The position numbers and the translations under genes are program-made. Positions 1 through 7,574 of a stretch of DNA of 16,950 bases are shown here, one piece after another. The stretch's first letter is position 1. Every line of letters starts with the position of its first letter. A model generated the notes under the pieces. The model had not been told where the DNA came from. It saw only the letters and a program-made list of their open reading frames with translations, and searched no databases. The DNA is from a bacterium (GTDB lineage Bacteria > Babelota > Babeliae > Babelales > JABCYS01). Location of the stretch: assembly GCA_027452085.1 (NCBI GenBank), contig DAIDHG010000003.1, positions 1 to 16,950 on the forward strand. Reading direction: 5' to 3'.

Positions 1-144
1 GATGTTTCAGCAACTCAACTGTTTCAATGGTATGCCCTTCATAGATTTGACCAGAAGTTAACTCTCCGTTCCACAGAGTTCTCCAAATACCAAGAAGAAA
101 AGCCTCGGCAGAAGAAGAGCTGCCCTTCTTGCGTGATTATGTAG
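1..144 (+). CDS. 3' end of a protein (5'-truncated by the window) ending in a CaaX prenylation motif; candidate host-lipidated effector
   Basis: Frame 1 is open from base 1 to TAG at 142-144 and reads DVSATQLFQWYALHRFDQKLTLRSTEFSKYQEEKPRQKKSCPSCVIM*. It is on the same strand as the next gene, 66 bp upstream of it. Not in the supplied ORF track. Confidence 0.7.
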   Translation, partial: DVSATQLFQWYALHRFDQKLTLRSTEFSKYQEEKPRQKKSCPSCVIM

Positions 145-210
145 CCCATACATAGGACGTATCTCTTTTAATCTCTTGTTTGCGTATGCTACGCTCGCTT
201 TGAGGATTAT

Positions 211-1467
211 ATGACCTTCAAAGTTTTAGCTGCTCTCATTTTTTCGACCTCGCTCCTGACCCGGCCCGACGGCATCAGTTGGAAGCGCTACTATGCGAAT
301 CATGCAAAAGAAGTTAATGAAGCGGTTGCCACGCGGAAATTAGATTTAACGGGCAAACGGTTAAGCGATCTCGTTGGTTTTGACCAAGCAAACATTCCAG
401 GCCTCAATGATCTTGAAGTATTACGACTTGATAAAAATGAACTGACTGCAATCCCGGCAACTATTGGCGAATTAAAATCCTTAATCGTTCTGAGAATTAA
501 CCACAACCTTTTTACACAACTCCCTAATGAGATTGGTGATCTCATTTCATTGCAATTACTTGGCCTTAAGCATAATAGGCTCACGGCTCTGCCCGATAGT
601 ATTGAAAAACTTTCTGCACTCAAAAAATTACATGTAAGCCACAACGAACTGGTCACCCTGCCACCGGGCATAGGGAAGCTAGAACAACTTGATCTGCTTG
701 ACGCCAGTTTTAATCAGCTGACAACCTTACCGGACAGTTTTTCCAACCTCCATGCGTTGAAAAAATTATATCTTTTTGGAAATCAACTGAGATCATTGCC
801 ATCCCTTGCCAAGCTAACGAATCTAGAACTGATATGGATTGAAAACAATCCCTTGCCATTCACCACACAACAGATACGAACATCGCTTGAAATTGGTGAA
901 AACGTCGATTTGAAATTCCGTACCGAGCAACAAGAAAAAGCCATTGCTGAACTTTTTGCCGGGATTAAGGAAACGAATGAAAAGAGCGTGGCCGAAGCTG
1001 TAGCTACACTGCTCAATCCATCAAAACCTGCGGACGAGATTGATATGGCGACTATTGTTGATCGTGATGGCAATAGCCTCATTCAATATTTGTTGCTCAC
1101 TGCACAAAAAAATACCGGTATTATTGCCAAAAAAATTAACCGAATTGCCATTGAGCTTCTACCTGAAGAAACCAAAGATGAGATAATTGCTCGCTATACA
1201 AAAGAGCTTAATGCAATGAATGCTTCCTATGTTGACATGCTGCAGAGCATACGAAAATGTCATCAGCGATGCACGCAAAAAATGCTCTACCAAAAAAATT
1301 CTGAAGGCCAAAGCGTTTTAAGCATAATGCAAGAGGTTGGTGCCGGTAAAAAGCTCATTGAAACTTTGTATGCCTTTGGTCCAAATAACCCGTTATATAA
1401 AGAAATCTCACGGCTCCTTGCCACAATATCGCCAACGCAACTTTTTCAGACGGTGAAAAAACGTTGA
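211..1467 (+). CDS. Leucine-rich repeat protein with N-terminal signal-like peptide and helical C-terminal domain
   Basis: About 7-8 repeats of ~23 aa matching LxxLxLxxNxLxxLPxxIGxL (e.g. LQLLGLKHNRLTALPDSIEKL), closing with ENNPL. Hydrophobic N-terminus MTFKVLAALIFSTSLL. RBS GAGGA just upstream. Confidence 0.92.
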   Translation: MTFKVLAALIFSTSLLTRPDGISWKRYYANHAKEVNEAVATRKLDLTGKRLSDLVGFDQANIPGLNDLEVLRLDKNELTAIPATIGELKSLIVLRINHNLFTQLPNEIGDLISLQLLGLKHNRLTALPDSIEKLSALKKLHVSHNELVTLPPGIGKLEQLDLLDASFNQLTTLPDSFSNLHALKKLYLFGNQLRSLPSLAKLTNLELIWIENNPLPFTTQQIRTSLEIGENVDLKFRTEQQEKAIAELFAGIKETNEKSVAEAVATLLNPSKPADEIDMATIVDRDGNSLIQYLLLTAQKNTGIIAKKINRIAIELLPEETKDEIIARYTKELNAMNASYVDMLQSIRKCHQRCTQKMLYQKNSEGQSVLSIMQEVGAGKKLIETLYAFGPNNPLYKEISRLLATISPTQLFQTVKKR

Positions 1468-1491
1468 CGACTGCGTACGATACTATATCAT
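1464..1491 (+). promoter_or_regulatory. Putative sigma70 promoter for the merR-murC pair
   Basis: TTGACG (1464-1469), 16 nt spacer, TATCAT (1486-1491). The -35 element overlaps the LRR gene stop codon. Confidence 0.45.
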
Positions 1492-1532
1492 CCTCACGTC
1501 GCAACTATTAAGTATCGAAAGAGAGGAATCCC

Positions 1533-2087
1533 ATGCGCATGCAACCACGGCAATTTCGAATTGGAGAATTGGCTCAAGCTCTGGGCGTAGAACGGTTTGT
1601 GGTGCGGTTTTGGGAAAAAGAGTTTGGCTTGCGATCTACGCGCTCTGAAGGCGGACAACGCTTTTACGAAGAACGAGATCTGACCACATTCAAGCTCATA
1701 AAAAAATTACTCTACGAAGACGGGCTCACTATTGCCGGCGCCAAAAAGGTAATGCGCGATAAAGCAACCATCACTACCGTGGTACCTTCTCACATAACCA
1801 CTATGGAGCCAGAACATTTTGTAGAATCTGCGCCCGAAGAGCATGTTGGCTGCACGCCAGAAAATTGTAAATTGCGTGAGCAGTTTGACCAACTCAAAGA
1901 TCAGCTGATACGATTAAAAAAGATCTTACTCAAGGTTCAATTTCAGCCGGCAGAAACATTAACTGCATCGGATGAATTTCACGCCGAAACGCAGCTTTCG
2001 GTTCCTGCAGCTGCGGCAACTGAACCACAGCCACGTGAACAGATCACGGGCGATGAAATTATTCAAGACACACAGCTTCAATCGTAA
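1533..2087 (+). CDS. MerR-family HTH transcriptional regulator
   Basis: N-terminal FRIGELAQALGVERFVVRFWEKEFGL..RSEGGQRFY..DL..IK.LLYEDGLTIAGAK is the MerR winged HTH, followed by a coiled coil and an acidic low-complexity tail. RBS GAGAGG. Confidence 0.9.
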   Translation: MRMQPRQFRIGELAQALGVERFVVRFWEKEFGLRSTRSEGGQRFYEERDLTTFKLIKKLLYEDGLTIAGAKKVMRDKATITTVVPSHITTMEPEHFVESAPEEHVGCTPENCKLREQFDQLKDQLIRLKKILLKVQFQPAETLTASDEFHAETQLSVPAAAATEPQPREQITGDEIIQDTQLQS

Positions 2088-2120
2088 TAACATTTAGATT
2101 ATTTATTAAACCAATACATC

Positions 2121-3533
2121 ATGTATCGCAAAACATCACACTTACACTTTGTTGGCATCGGCGGTATCGGCATGAGCGGTATCGCAAAAATTCTTAAATA
2201 TCAGGGGTATTTTGTCTCTGGATGCGATGTGGATCTTGAGCAAAAATCGGTCGAAGAGCTTATCGAGCTCGGCTGCCCCATTTCTCATGGTCATAATACC
2301 GCTGCCTGCAATGATCCTTCCATTGATGTTTTGGTCTATTCTTCCGCCGTGCAAGGCTCAAGCCCAGAAATTGTTGCAGCACAGCAACGCGGTATTCCAA
2401 CGATTCCCCGAGCATTGATGCTTGCCGAACTTATGCGCATGAAATATAGCATCGGCATTGCTGGATCTCATGGCAAAACAACCACCACCTCAATGGTTTC
2501 TCATATTTTGATTGAAGGACGCTTAGATCCAACGGTTATTATTGGCGGTCATTTGAAAAACATTTCGGCTCATGCTCGATTGGGTAAAGGCGATTTCTTA
2601 GTTGCTGAAACCGATGAAAGCGATCGCTCATTTTTGTATCTCTATACAACGCTGGGTGTCGTTACCAATATCGACCTTGAGCATTTGGAAACGTATAGCG
2701 ACATGCAGGATATTAAGGAAACCTTTAAAAAATTCCTTAACAATCTACCATTTTACGGCAAAGCAATTTTGTGCGTTGATGATGAGCATGTGCGTTCACT
2801 CTTGCCAATGCCGCATATTAAAACCATTAAATACAGTCTTGAAGATAAAAAAGAGCTGGCAGATATTTATGCGACCAATATCTCACTGGCTACTGATCAC
2901 TCAACCTTTACCATCATGAGTAGACCCGAGCCGCAGGCAGAGTTTAAAGAATTGGGCACAGTAACTCTTTCAATGCCTGGTCGTCACAACATTCTCAACT
3001 CATTAGCAGCAACGACCGTAGCATTAGAACTTGGTGTGCCATTTGAGACCATTGCACAATCGCTCAGCACCTTTAAGGGCGTTGATCGCCGATTTAGCTA
3101 TAAGGGGACCTTCAATGGCGCAGAACTCTTTGATGATTACGGCCACCATCCAAACGAAATTTACAACACCTTGTTGGTAGCAAAACGACGCACACAAAAT
3201 AAGCTGACGGTTGTTTTCCAACCGCATCGCTATACCCGCACCCACAAACTCTGGGATCATTTTGTTGATCTATTTGCCACAAGCGACCTCAACCATCTTA
3301 TCATCACCGATATTCATGCTGCTCATGAGCAACCTATTGAGGGGGTTTCTGCTGAAAAGCTGGTGGCAGCAATTCGTGCTAAACAGCCGAATTTGGCGAT
3401 AACCTATGCGCCATTAGATAGTTCCTTTACCCATATTTCAGAGCAGCTCCTGTCACTGGTAAACCCGGGTGACCTTGTTTTACTCCAAGGAGCAGGGAAA
3501 ATTAACAAATTGGCTGAAAAGCTCTGCAAATAA
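2121..3533 (+). CDS. murC: UDP-N-acetylmuramate--L-alanine ligase
   Basis: HFVGIGGIGMSGIA, VYSSAV, AGSHGKTTTTSM, VAETDESDRSF, TNIDLEHL, GVDRRF, DDYGHHP, VFQPHRYTRT and QGAG motifs. Confidence 0.98.
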   Translation: MYRKTSHLHFVGIGGIGMSGIAKILKYQGYFVSGCDVDLEQKSVEELIELGCPISHGHNTAACNDPSIDVLVYSSAVQGSSPEIVAAQQRGIPTIPRALMLAELMRMKYSIGIAGSHGKTTTTSMVSHILIEGRLDPTVIIGGHLKNISAHARLGKGDFLVAETDESDRSFLYLYTTLGVVTNIDLEHLETYSDMQDIKETFKKFLNNLPFYGKAILCVDDEHVRSLLPMPHIKTIKYSLEDKKELADIYATNISLATDHSTFTIMSRPEPQAEFKELGTVTLSMPGRHNILNSLAATTVALELGVPFETIAQSLSTFKGVDRRFSYKGTFNGAELFDDYGHHPNEIYNTLLVAKRRTQNKLTVVFQPHRYTRTHKLWDHFVDLFATSDLNHLIITDIHAAHEQPIEGVSAEKLVAAIRAKQPNLAITYAPLDSSFTHISEQLLSLVNPGDLVLLQGAGKINKLAEKLCK

Positions 3534-3551
3534 GCAGTTCCTATGCTTTTG

Positions 3552-3580
3552 TTTACATTTCAATTATTTGGTATTATAAG
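3552..3580 (+). promoter_or_regulatory. Putative sigma70 promoter upstream of the 3682 gene
   Basis: TTTACA (3552-3557), 17 nt, TATAAG (3575-3580). Alternatively an extended -10, TGgTATTAT (3569-3577). Confidence 0.45.
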
Positions 3581-3681
3581 GCTCCCTAATTATTTAATAA
3601 CACGGCATATCCTTGAATGGCAGCCCGGAGGTATGAATAGCTCAGGGCAACAGTCTAAAAGGAAGCCAGGGAGTAAACATC

Positions 3682-4356
3682 ATGATTCAACAACTTAAAT
3701 ATCTAACCTTAGTTGGCCTACTATTGGCTGGTATACCGGTATCTGCTCGCCATGGTTTTGGTGCGGCATTTGGCGGTGCACTGGTTGGCACCACTGTTGG
3801 CACTATCATCGGCAATGCTATTTCACATTCACACAGCTGCGATTGCTATTACTGCGATCCTATAACAGCGGCTGAAGTTGAAGCTCTTCGCGAAGAAACC
3901 CGTGCCCGCAAACGCGAGCGCCAAATGCGTGAAGAGATGCGCCGCAAGCAAGAAGCCGAGCAACGTCGTCTTGAGCGCGAAGCTCGCCGCCGTCGTCGAG
4001 TGATTGAAGTGCATACCATTGAGATTCCCGAGCCACAATGCGTGGTGGTTCACGAACAGATCGTACAGCAACCGGTGGTTGTGAAACAACAGCCAGTTGT
4101 GGTTAAAGAAGTTCATTCAGTTGTGGTAAAAGAGCAACCACGTGCGGCTAATAAAGTCCAAAATCAAAATAAAGCACTCGAAATGCAAGCCCAAAGGGCA
4201 CTGGAAGAAGCAAGAACCCGCCGAGCGGAAGCCGAAGCGAGACTTGCAAAAGCTCGCAAGGAAGCAGCAGAAGCGGAACGGGCCCTTGCCCGAGCTCGCC
4301 AATCAGCGACTGAGGCTGAGCTAGAGCTTCGCTATCAGAAAGAGACACTGATTTAA
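3682..4356 (+). CDS. Hypothetical secreted protein: signal peptide, glycine zipper, His/Cys cluster, charged coiled coils and V/P/Q-rich repeats
   Basis: MIQQLKYLTLVGLLLAGIPVSA signal; GFGAAFGGALVGTTVGTIIG; HSHSCDCYYCD; R/E-rich helices; QQPVVVK twice plus SVVVK. RBS AGGGAG at 3668-3673. Confidence 0.85.
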   Translation: MIQQLKYLTLVGLLLAGIPVSARHGFGAAFGGALVGTTVGTIIGNAISHSHSCDCYYCDPITAAEVEALREETRARKRERQMREEMRRKQEAEQRRLEREARRRRRVIEVHTIEIPEPQCVVVHEQIVQQPVVVKQQPVVVKEVHSVVVKEQPRAANKVQNQNKALEMQAQRALEEARTRRAEAEARLAKARKEAAEAERALARARQSATEAELELRYQKETLI

Positions 4357-4383
4357 TCTAAAATCAATCTCAAAACTAACATA

Positions 4384-4420
4384 AGCCCGGCTAACCTATA
4401 TCAGCCGGGCTATTTTATTT
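4384..4420 (+). terminator. Rho-independent terminator
   Basis: AGCCCGGCT (4384-4392) and AGCCGGGCT (4403-4411) form a perfect 9-bp stem followed by ATTTTATTT, just downstream of the 4356 stop. Confidence 0.8.
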
Positions 4421-4509
4421 GCGGCATAATCCACTCGGTTAACACACAAGCCAACCAGCCACAGCAAGCTCATCTGCCTGCCCCTACACCGCAACCCGCC
4501 AAATCACCG

Positions 4510-4539
4510 TTGAATTTTTGAGTCCAACTCTGCTACCAT
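4510..4539 (+). promoter_or_regulatory. Putative promoter for the three-gene small secreted protein cluster
   Basis: TTGAAT (4510-4515), 18 nt, TACCAT (4534-4539), with an extended -10 TG at 4531-4532. Confidence 0.5.
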
Positions 4540-4587
4540 CAGCATGAGTAGTAGTACAACAAGAAAAAACAACAAAAAAGGAACCCT

Positions 4588-4845
4588 ATGATCCGTCGTA
4601 CTTTAGTCCTATTCACATTATTAGTTGCTGGTTCAGTGTATGCTAGCCCAAAATCTGGGCATGTATCAAAAAAACGAATCACCGCTGCCGAACAAAAGCG
4701 AAGACAAGCGTGTGATCAAGAGCTCATTGAGTGTTTAGATTTGGCAAAGAGCATGGAATCTGACGGGCGCGCAGAACAAGAGGATCATTGCTATAGCCAG
4801 CATGACCAGTGTGTTCGCCGTTCACCATCACCGGCTCAACAGTAA
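4588..4845 (+). CDS. Small secreted protein with a CX6C-X18-CX6C motif (85 aa)
   Basis: Signal peptide MIRRTLVLFTLLVAGSVYA; CDQELIEC, 18 aa, CYSQHDQC. RBS AAGGAA. Confidence 0.85.
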   Translation: MIRRTLVLFTLLVAGSVYASPKSGHVSKKRITAAEQKRRQACDQELIECLDLAKSMESDGRAEQEDHCYSQHDQCVRRSPSPAQQ

Positions 4846-4853
4846 GGAATAAC

Positions 4854-5132
4854 ATGATTCCCAGGTTAATTACATCATTAATATTACTGAATGCAGTTTC
4901 ACTGTGTGCTGGCTCAGAGAAGGCCAATCCTGCTGATGGATTCAGCAAAAGGCGTCTTTCACCAGAATTAAAGTCTCCTCGCATAGCGCCAGAATGCAAA
5001 GAGGAATTTGAAAAATGTCTATTAGATGCCTTGGAATTGTCCGAACCATCACGCACGGAAAGCATCCAAGAGTGCGATGAAGAGCTCAAGCGTTGCCATC
5101 AGCGCACGCCATCATCCCCAGAGATGTGGTAA
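4854..5132 (+). CDS. Small secreted protein with a CX6C-X18-CX6C motif (92 aa), paralog of 4588-4845
   Basis: Start reassigned to ATG 4854 (RBS TAAGGA, signal MIPRLITSLILLNAVSLCA); CKEEFEKC, 18 aa, CDEELKRC; similar R(S/T)PS tail. Confidence 0.85.
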   Translation: MIPRLITSLILLNAVSLCAGSEKANPADGFSKRRLSPELKSPRIAPECKEEFEKCLLDALELSEPSRTESIQECDEELKRCHQRTPSSPEMW

Positions 5133-5145
5133 ATAAGGATCAGAG

Positions 5146-5487
5146 ATGATACGTAAACTATTTATTTCACTGACCATTATTTCAGTAACGGCTCCCGCTT
5201 TGGCCGATAGAGGCAATGGCGGTGGATTTGGGGCTGGTCTTGGGATTGGCCTGGCAACTGGTGCTGTTACTGGGGCCGCGGTTGCGGCAACCCGTCGCCC
5301 CAAAAACTATTATTATATTGATCAGGGAGCATCAAGCCGCGGGGCAGAGCGCGCAAAAGAATGCCAATTCCGTAGACACAATGCACGCATTGATGCCAAG
5401 CGAACGGCGCAAAGCCAAGCTGAATTCGATGCAATGATGAGACAGATCGATAATGAATATGATAGCTGCATGAGCTATGCATACTAA
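5146..5487 (+). CDS. Small secreted glycine-zipper protein with a C-terminal two-Cys helical region (113 aa)
   Basis: Signal MIRKLFISLTIISVTAPALA; GGGFGAGLGIGLATGAVTGAAVA; C-X34-C at the C-terminus. RBS TAAGGA. Confidence 0.85.
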   Translation: MIRKLFISLTIISVTAPALADRGNGGGFGAGLGIGLATGAVTGAAVAATRRPKNYYYIDQGASSRGAERAKECQFRRHNARIDAKRTAQSQAEFDAMMRQIDNEYDSCMSYAY

Positions 5488-5519
5488 ACTGGCGACCTAA
5501 CGATACTCTTTTTCAGAAC

Positions 5520-5557
5520 CAAGAAACCCGCAGCGAATGAACACTGCGGGTTTCTTG
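5520..5557. terminator. Bidirectional Rho-independent terminator
   Basis: Perfect 14-bp inverted repeat CAAGAAACCCGCAG (5520-5533) / CTGCGGGTTTCTTG (5544-5557) between the convergent genes 5146-5487 and rplS. Confidence 0.88.
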
Positions 5558-5579
5558 TTGTTAAAATTAAGATTCTTAA

Positions 5580-6011
5580 TTAAGCGGCGGTTGCTTGCTT
5601 ACCAGCATTTTTAGGTGGCACTGGCGCTGCAGCTTCCTTTTGCTCTTTGGTCAATATCAATTCAGCAACACGAGCCGCTTTGCCAATACGGTCACGTAAG
5701 TAATAAAGTTTGGCACGGCGCACCGAACCATGACGCTTGAAGGTAATTGCTTCAATGGTGGGGGTATAGAATGGGAAGATACGTTCAACAGCTACTGAAT
5801 TTGCACCGATTTTTCGAACGGTGAATGTGCTTGATGCGCCATTATTTTTAATAGCGATAACATCGCCTTCAAAATCTTGCACACGCTCTTTATCACCTTC
5901 TTTGATTCGGGTAGATACCACAATCGTATCGCCCACGCCGAAGGTAGGGAATTTACGTTCTACTACGCCAATCTTTTTGATCGTTTCGCGTGTGTAATGT
6001 TTTGCTTCCAT
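5580..6011 (-). CDS. rplS: 50S ribosomal protein L19
   Basis: [52 protein letters not shown]. Start reassigned to ATG at 6011 (MEAKHY) with RBS AAGGA. Confidence 0.97.
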   Translation of the reverse strand: MEAKHYTRETIKKIGVVERKFPTFGVGDTIVVSTRIKEGDKERVQDFEGDVIAIKNNGASSTFTVRKIGANSVAVERIFPFYTPTIEAITFKRHGSVRRAKLYYLRDRIGKAARVAELILTKEQKEAAAPVPPKNAGKQATAA

Positions 6012-6059
6012 TGCAAGATCCTTGAAAAGGCCAATTATTAAATTTCGAAATAGACCACT

Positions 6060-6088
6060 AATATAAAGTAATTCTGTCCAACTGCCAA
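6060..6088 (-). promoter_or_regulatory. Putative internal promoter for rplS
   Basis: On the minus strand: TTGGCA (6088-6083), 17 nt, TATATT (6065-6060), in the trmD-rplS spacer. Confidence 0.5.
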
Positions 6089-6155
6089 CCAGGGCCCATA
6101 GTATGCCCATTCCTCTTGTAAAGTCCCGCTCAAGGGCCGCCAGGATTTGTCGCTC

Positions 6156-7556
6156 CTATGTAGGTTGCCAGCTCAACCAACGATCAAAAATAACGGCGGC
6201 TGCTGATCTTACCGATAAGTGATTGTAATCGGTAAAGCCTTTGATTGGGGGTAAAATATAGTCACATCGCTGCAATAAGGCTGGGCAGAGCCCTCTGCCG
6301 GTGCCAAACACTAGCAATACCGGCCGTCCGGATGACCACACCTTTGCTTGATCTTCAAAGGTGATGCTGGCCACGCCAGAAACTGGTCGGGCCGAGGTGG
6401 CAATCACTATAGGCCGAGACCCCTCTTTTTCCTCTATGGCGGCCACACAGTCATCAAAGCTTTTAGTAAGTTGCACAAACTTTAACGCCTCGTGGCGCTC
6501 AGGGTTGTAATCGATGCCCACTTCAGCCTGCCAAAAATCAAGCAGGCGCTTGGCGATGCGCTCTTGATCGATAAGATTGGTCACTAAAAAATAGCCAGCG
6601 AGCCCATAGGTTCGGGCCGAACGAGCAATATCATGGATATCGAGTGAGGTGATGGAGGTTGTACCTTCAACAATAACCGCCTGCGCCTGTTGGCCAGGCT
6701 CAAGCATCAATTCCTGCTTGACCAATACATCGGTATGCATAAGAGCCGCATAATGACGCGGGATGAATGAAGCACCTAAATCCATCTCTTGTTTGCTCAT
6801 GGGGCTTGCGCGAAACCAATCAAAATGCTCACGCACGGTCTTTTTGGCCGCTGTTTCTAATTGCCACTTTTGAATTGCGCTATGATTGCCAGAGCGCACA
6901 ATCGCCGGCACTTCTTTGCCATGCCATACCACCGGCTCGGTATATTCTGGGTGATCCAAAAATGGACCGGTAAATGAATCTTGAATGACCGACTCTTGGC
7001 GCCCCACTACACCCGGCACAAATCGCAGGAGCCCTTCTAAAAAAACCATGGCTGGCAGATCGCCCCCCATGATCACGTAGTCACCAATTGAAATAATCAG
7101 ATTGGCATACTCCTCTTCTACGCGGGCATCCATGCCTTCATAGCGGCCGCAAATAAGCATAAGGTGCGGCTTAGACGAATTTATTTCACGCTGCTCGTCT
7201 TGAATGTTTCGCTCTCCTTGATTGGTATAAGCGGCCTGTTGCACGATCTGCTCATAAATACCCTGCAGGAAAGGCTGCGTTAATTTTTTGCCCTGTGGCG
7301 AAAAGAACACCTTAAATGCCCGGCCATATTTGCCCTCAAGATCGTTTACCGCCTGCTCAACAATAGTCGGCTTGATCAGCATGCCAGCGCCATGACCAAA
7401 GGTTGGCGCATCTATGCGTTCGGTGGGTTTGGCGTATGAAAAGAACGAAACGGTTTGGATATTAACCGTGCCCTTCTCCCGCGCCCTCTTGATCAGGCTG
7501 GTATTAAGAAATGGCTGAAAGAGATCGGGGAAAACAGTCAGAATTGAGATATTCAT
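6156..7556 (-). CDS. trmD: tRNA (guanine37-N1)-methyltransferase TrmD fused to a C-terminal Tm1570/DUF2168-type SPOUT methyltransferase
   Basis: TrmD motifs ILTVFPDLF, GAGMLIKP, SPQG, LICGRYEGMDARV, SIGDYVIMGGD, HPEYT and SGNH. The last ~200 aa carry TSITSLDIHDIARSARTYG, ATSAR, LLVFGTGRGL and YNHLSVRSAAAVIFDR, typical of the Tm1570-like SPOUT family. Confidence 0.95.
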   Translation of the reverse strand: MNISILTVFPDLFQPFLNTSLIKRAREKGTVNIQTVSFFSYAKPTERIDAPTFGHGAGMLIKPTIVEQAVNDLEGKYGRAFKVFFSPQGKKLTQPFLQGIYEQIVQQAAYTNQGERNIQDEQREINSSKPHLMLICGRYEGMDARVEEEYANLIISIGDYVIMGGDLPAMVFLEGLLRFVPGVVGRQESVIQDSFTGPFLDHPEYTEPVVWHGKEVPAIVRSGNHSAIQKWQLETAAKKTVREHFDWFRASPMSKQEMDLGASFIPRHYAALMHTDVLVKQELMLEPGQQAQAVIVEGTTSITSLDIHDIARSARTYGLAGYFLVTNLIDQERIAKRLLDFWQAEVGIDYNPERHEALKFVQLTKSFDDCVAAIEEKEGSRPIVIATSARPVSGVASITFEDQAKVWSSGRPVLLVFGTGRGLCPALLQRCDYILPPIKGFTDYNHLSVRSAAAVIFDRWLSWQPT

Positions 7557-7574
7557 GGTGCGATAACAAACAAA

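Noticed and set aside
4357..4521. In-frame open stretch after the 3682-4356 stop encoding a P/Q/A-rich peptide (possible readthrough)
   Set aside because: The stop is TAA, a strong terminator (4384-4420) lies within the stretch, there is no independent start, and the C/A-rich composition makes stop-free runs likely by chance.
6012..6110. N-terminal extension of L19 in the track, and similar upstream starts at 4809, 10670, 11745 and 13503
   Set aside because: Downstream ATGs have better RBSs and/or give canonical N-termini or signal peptides; several extensions run through promoter or terminator sequence.
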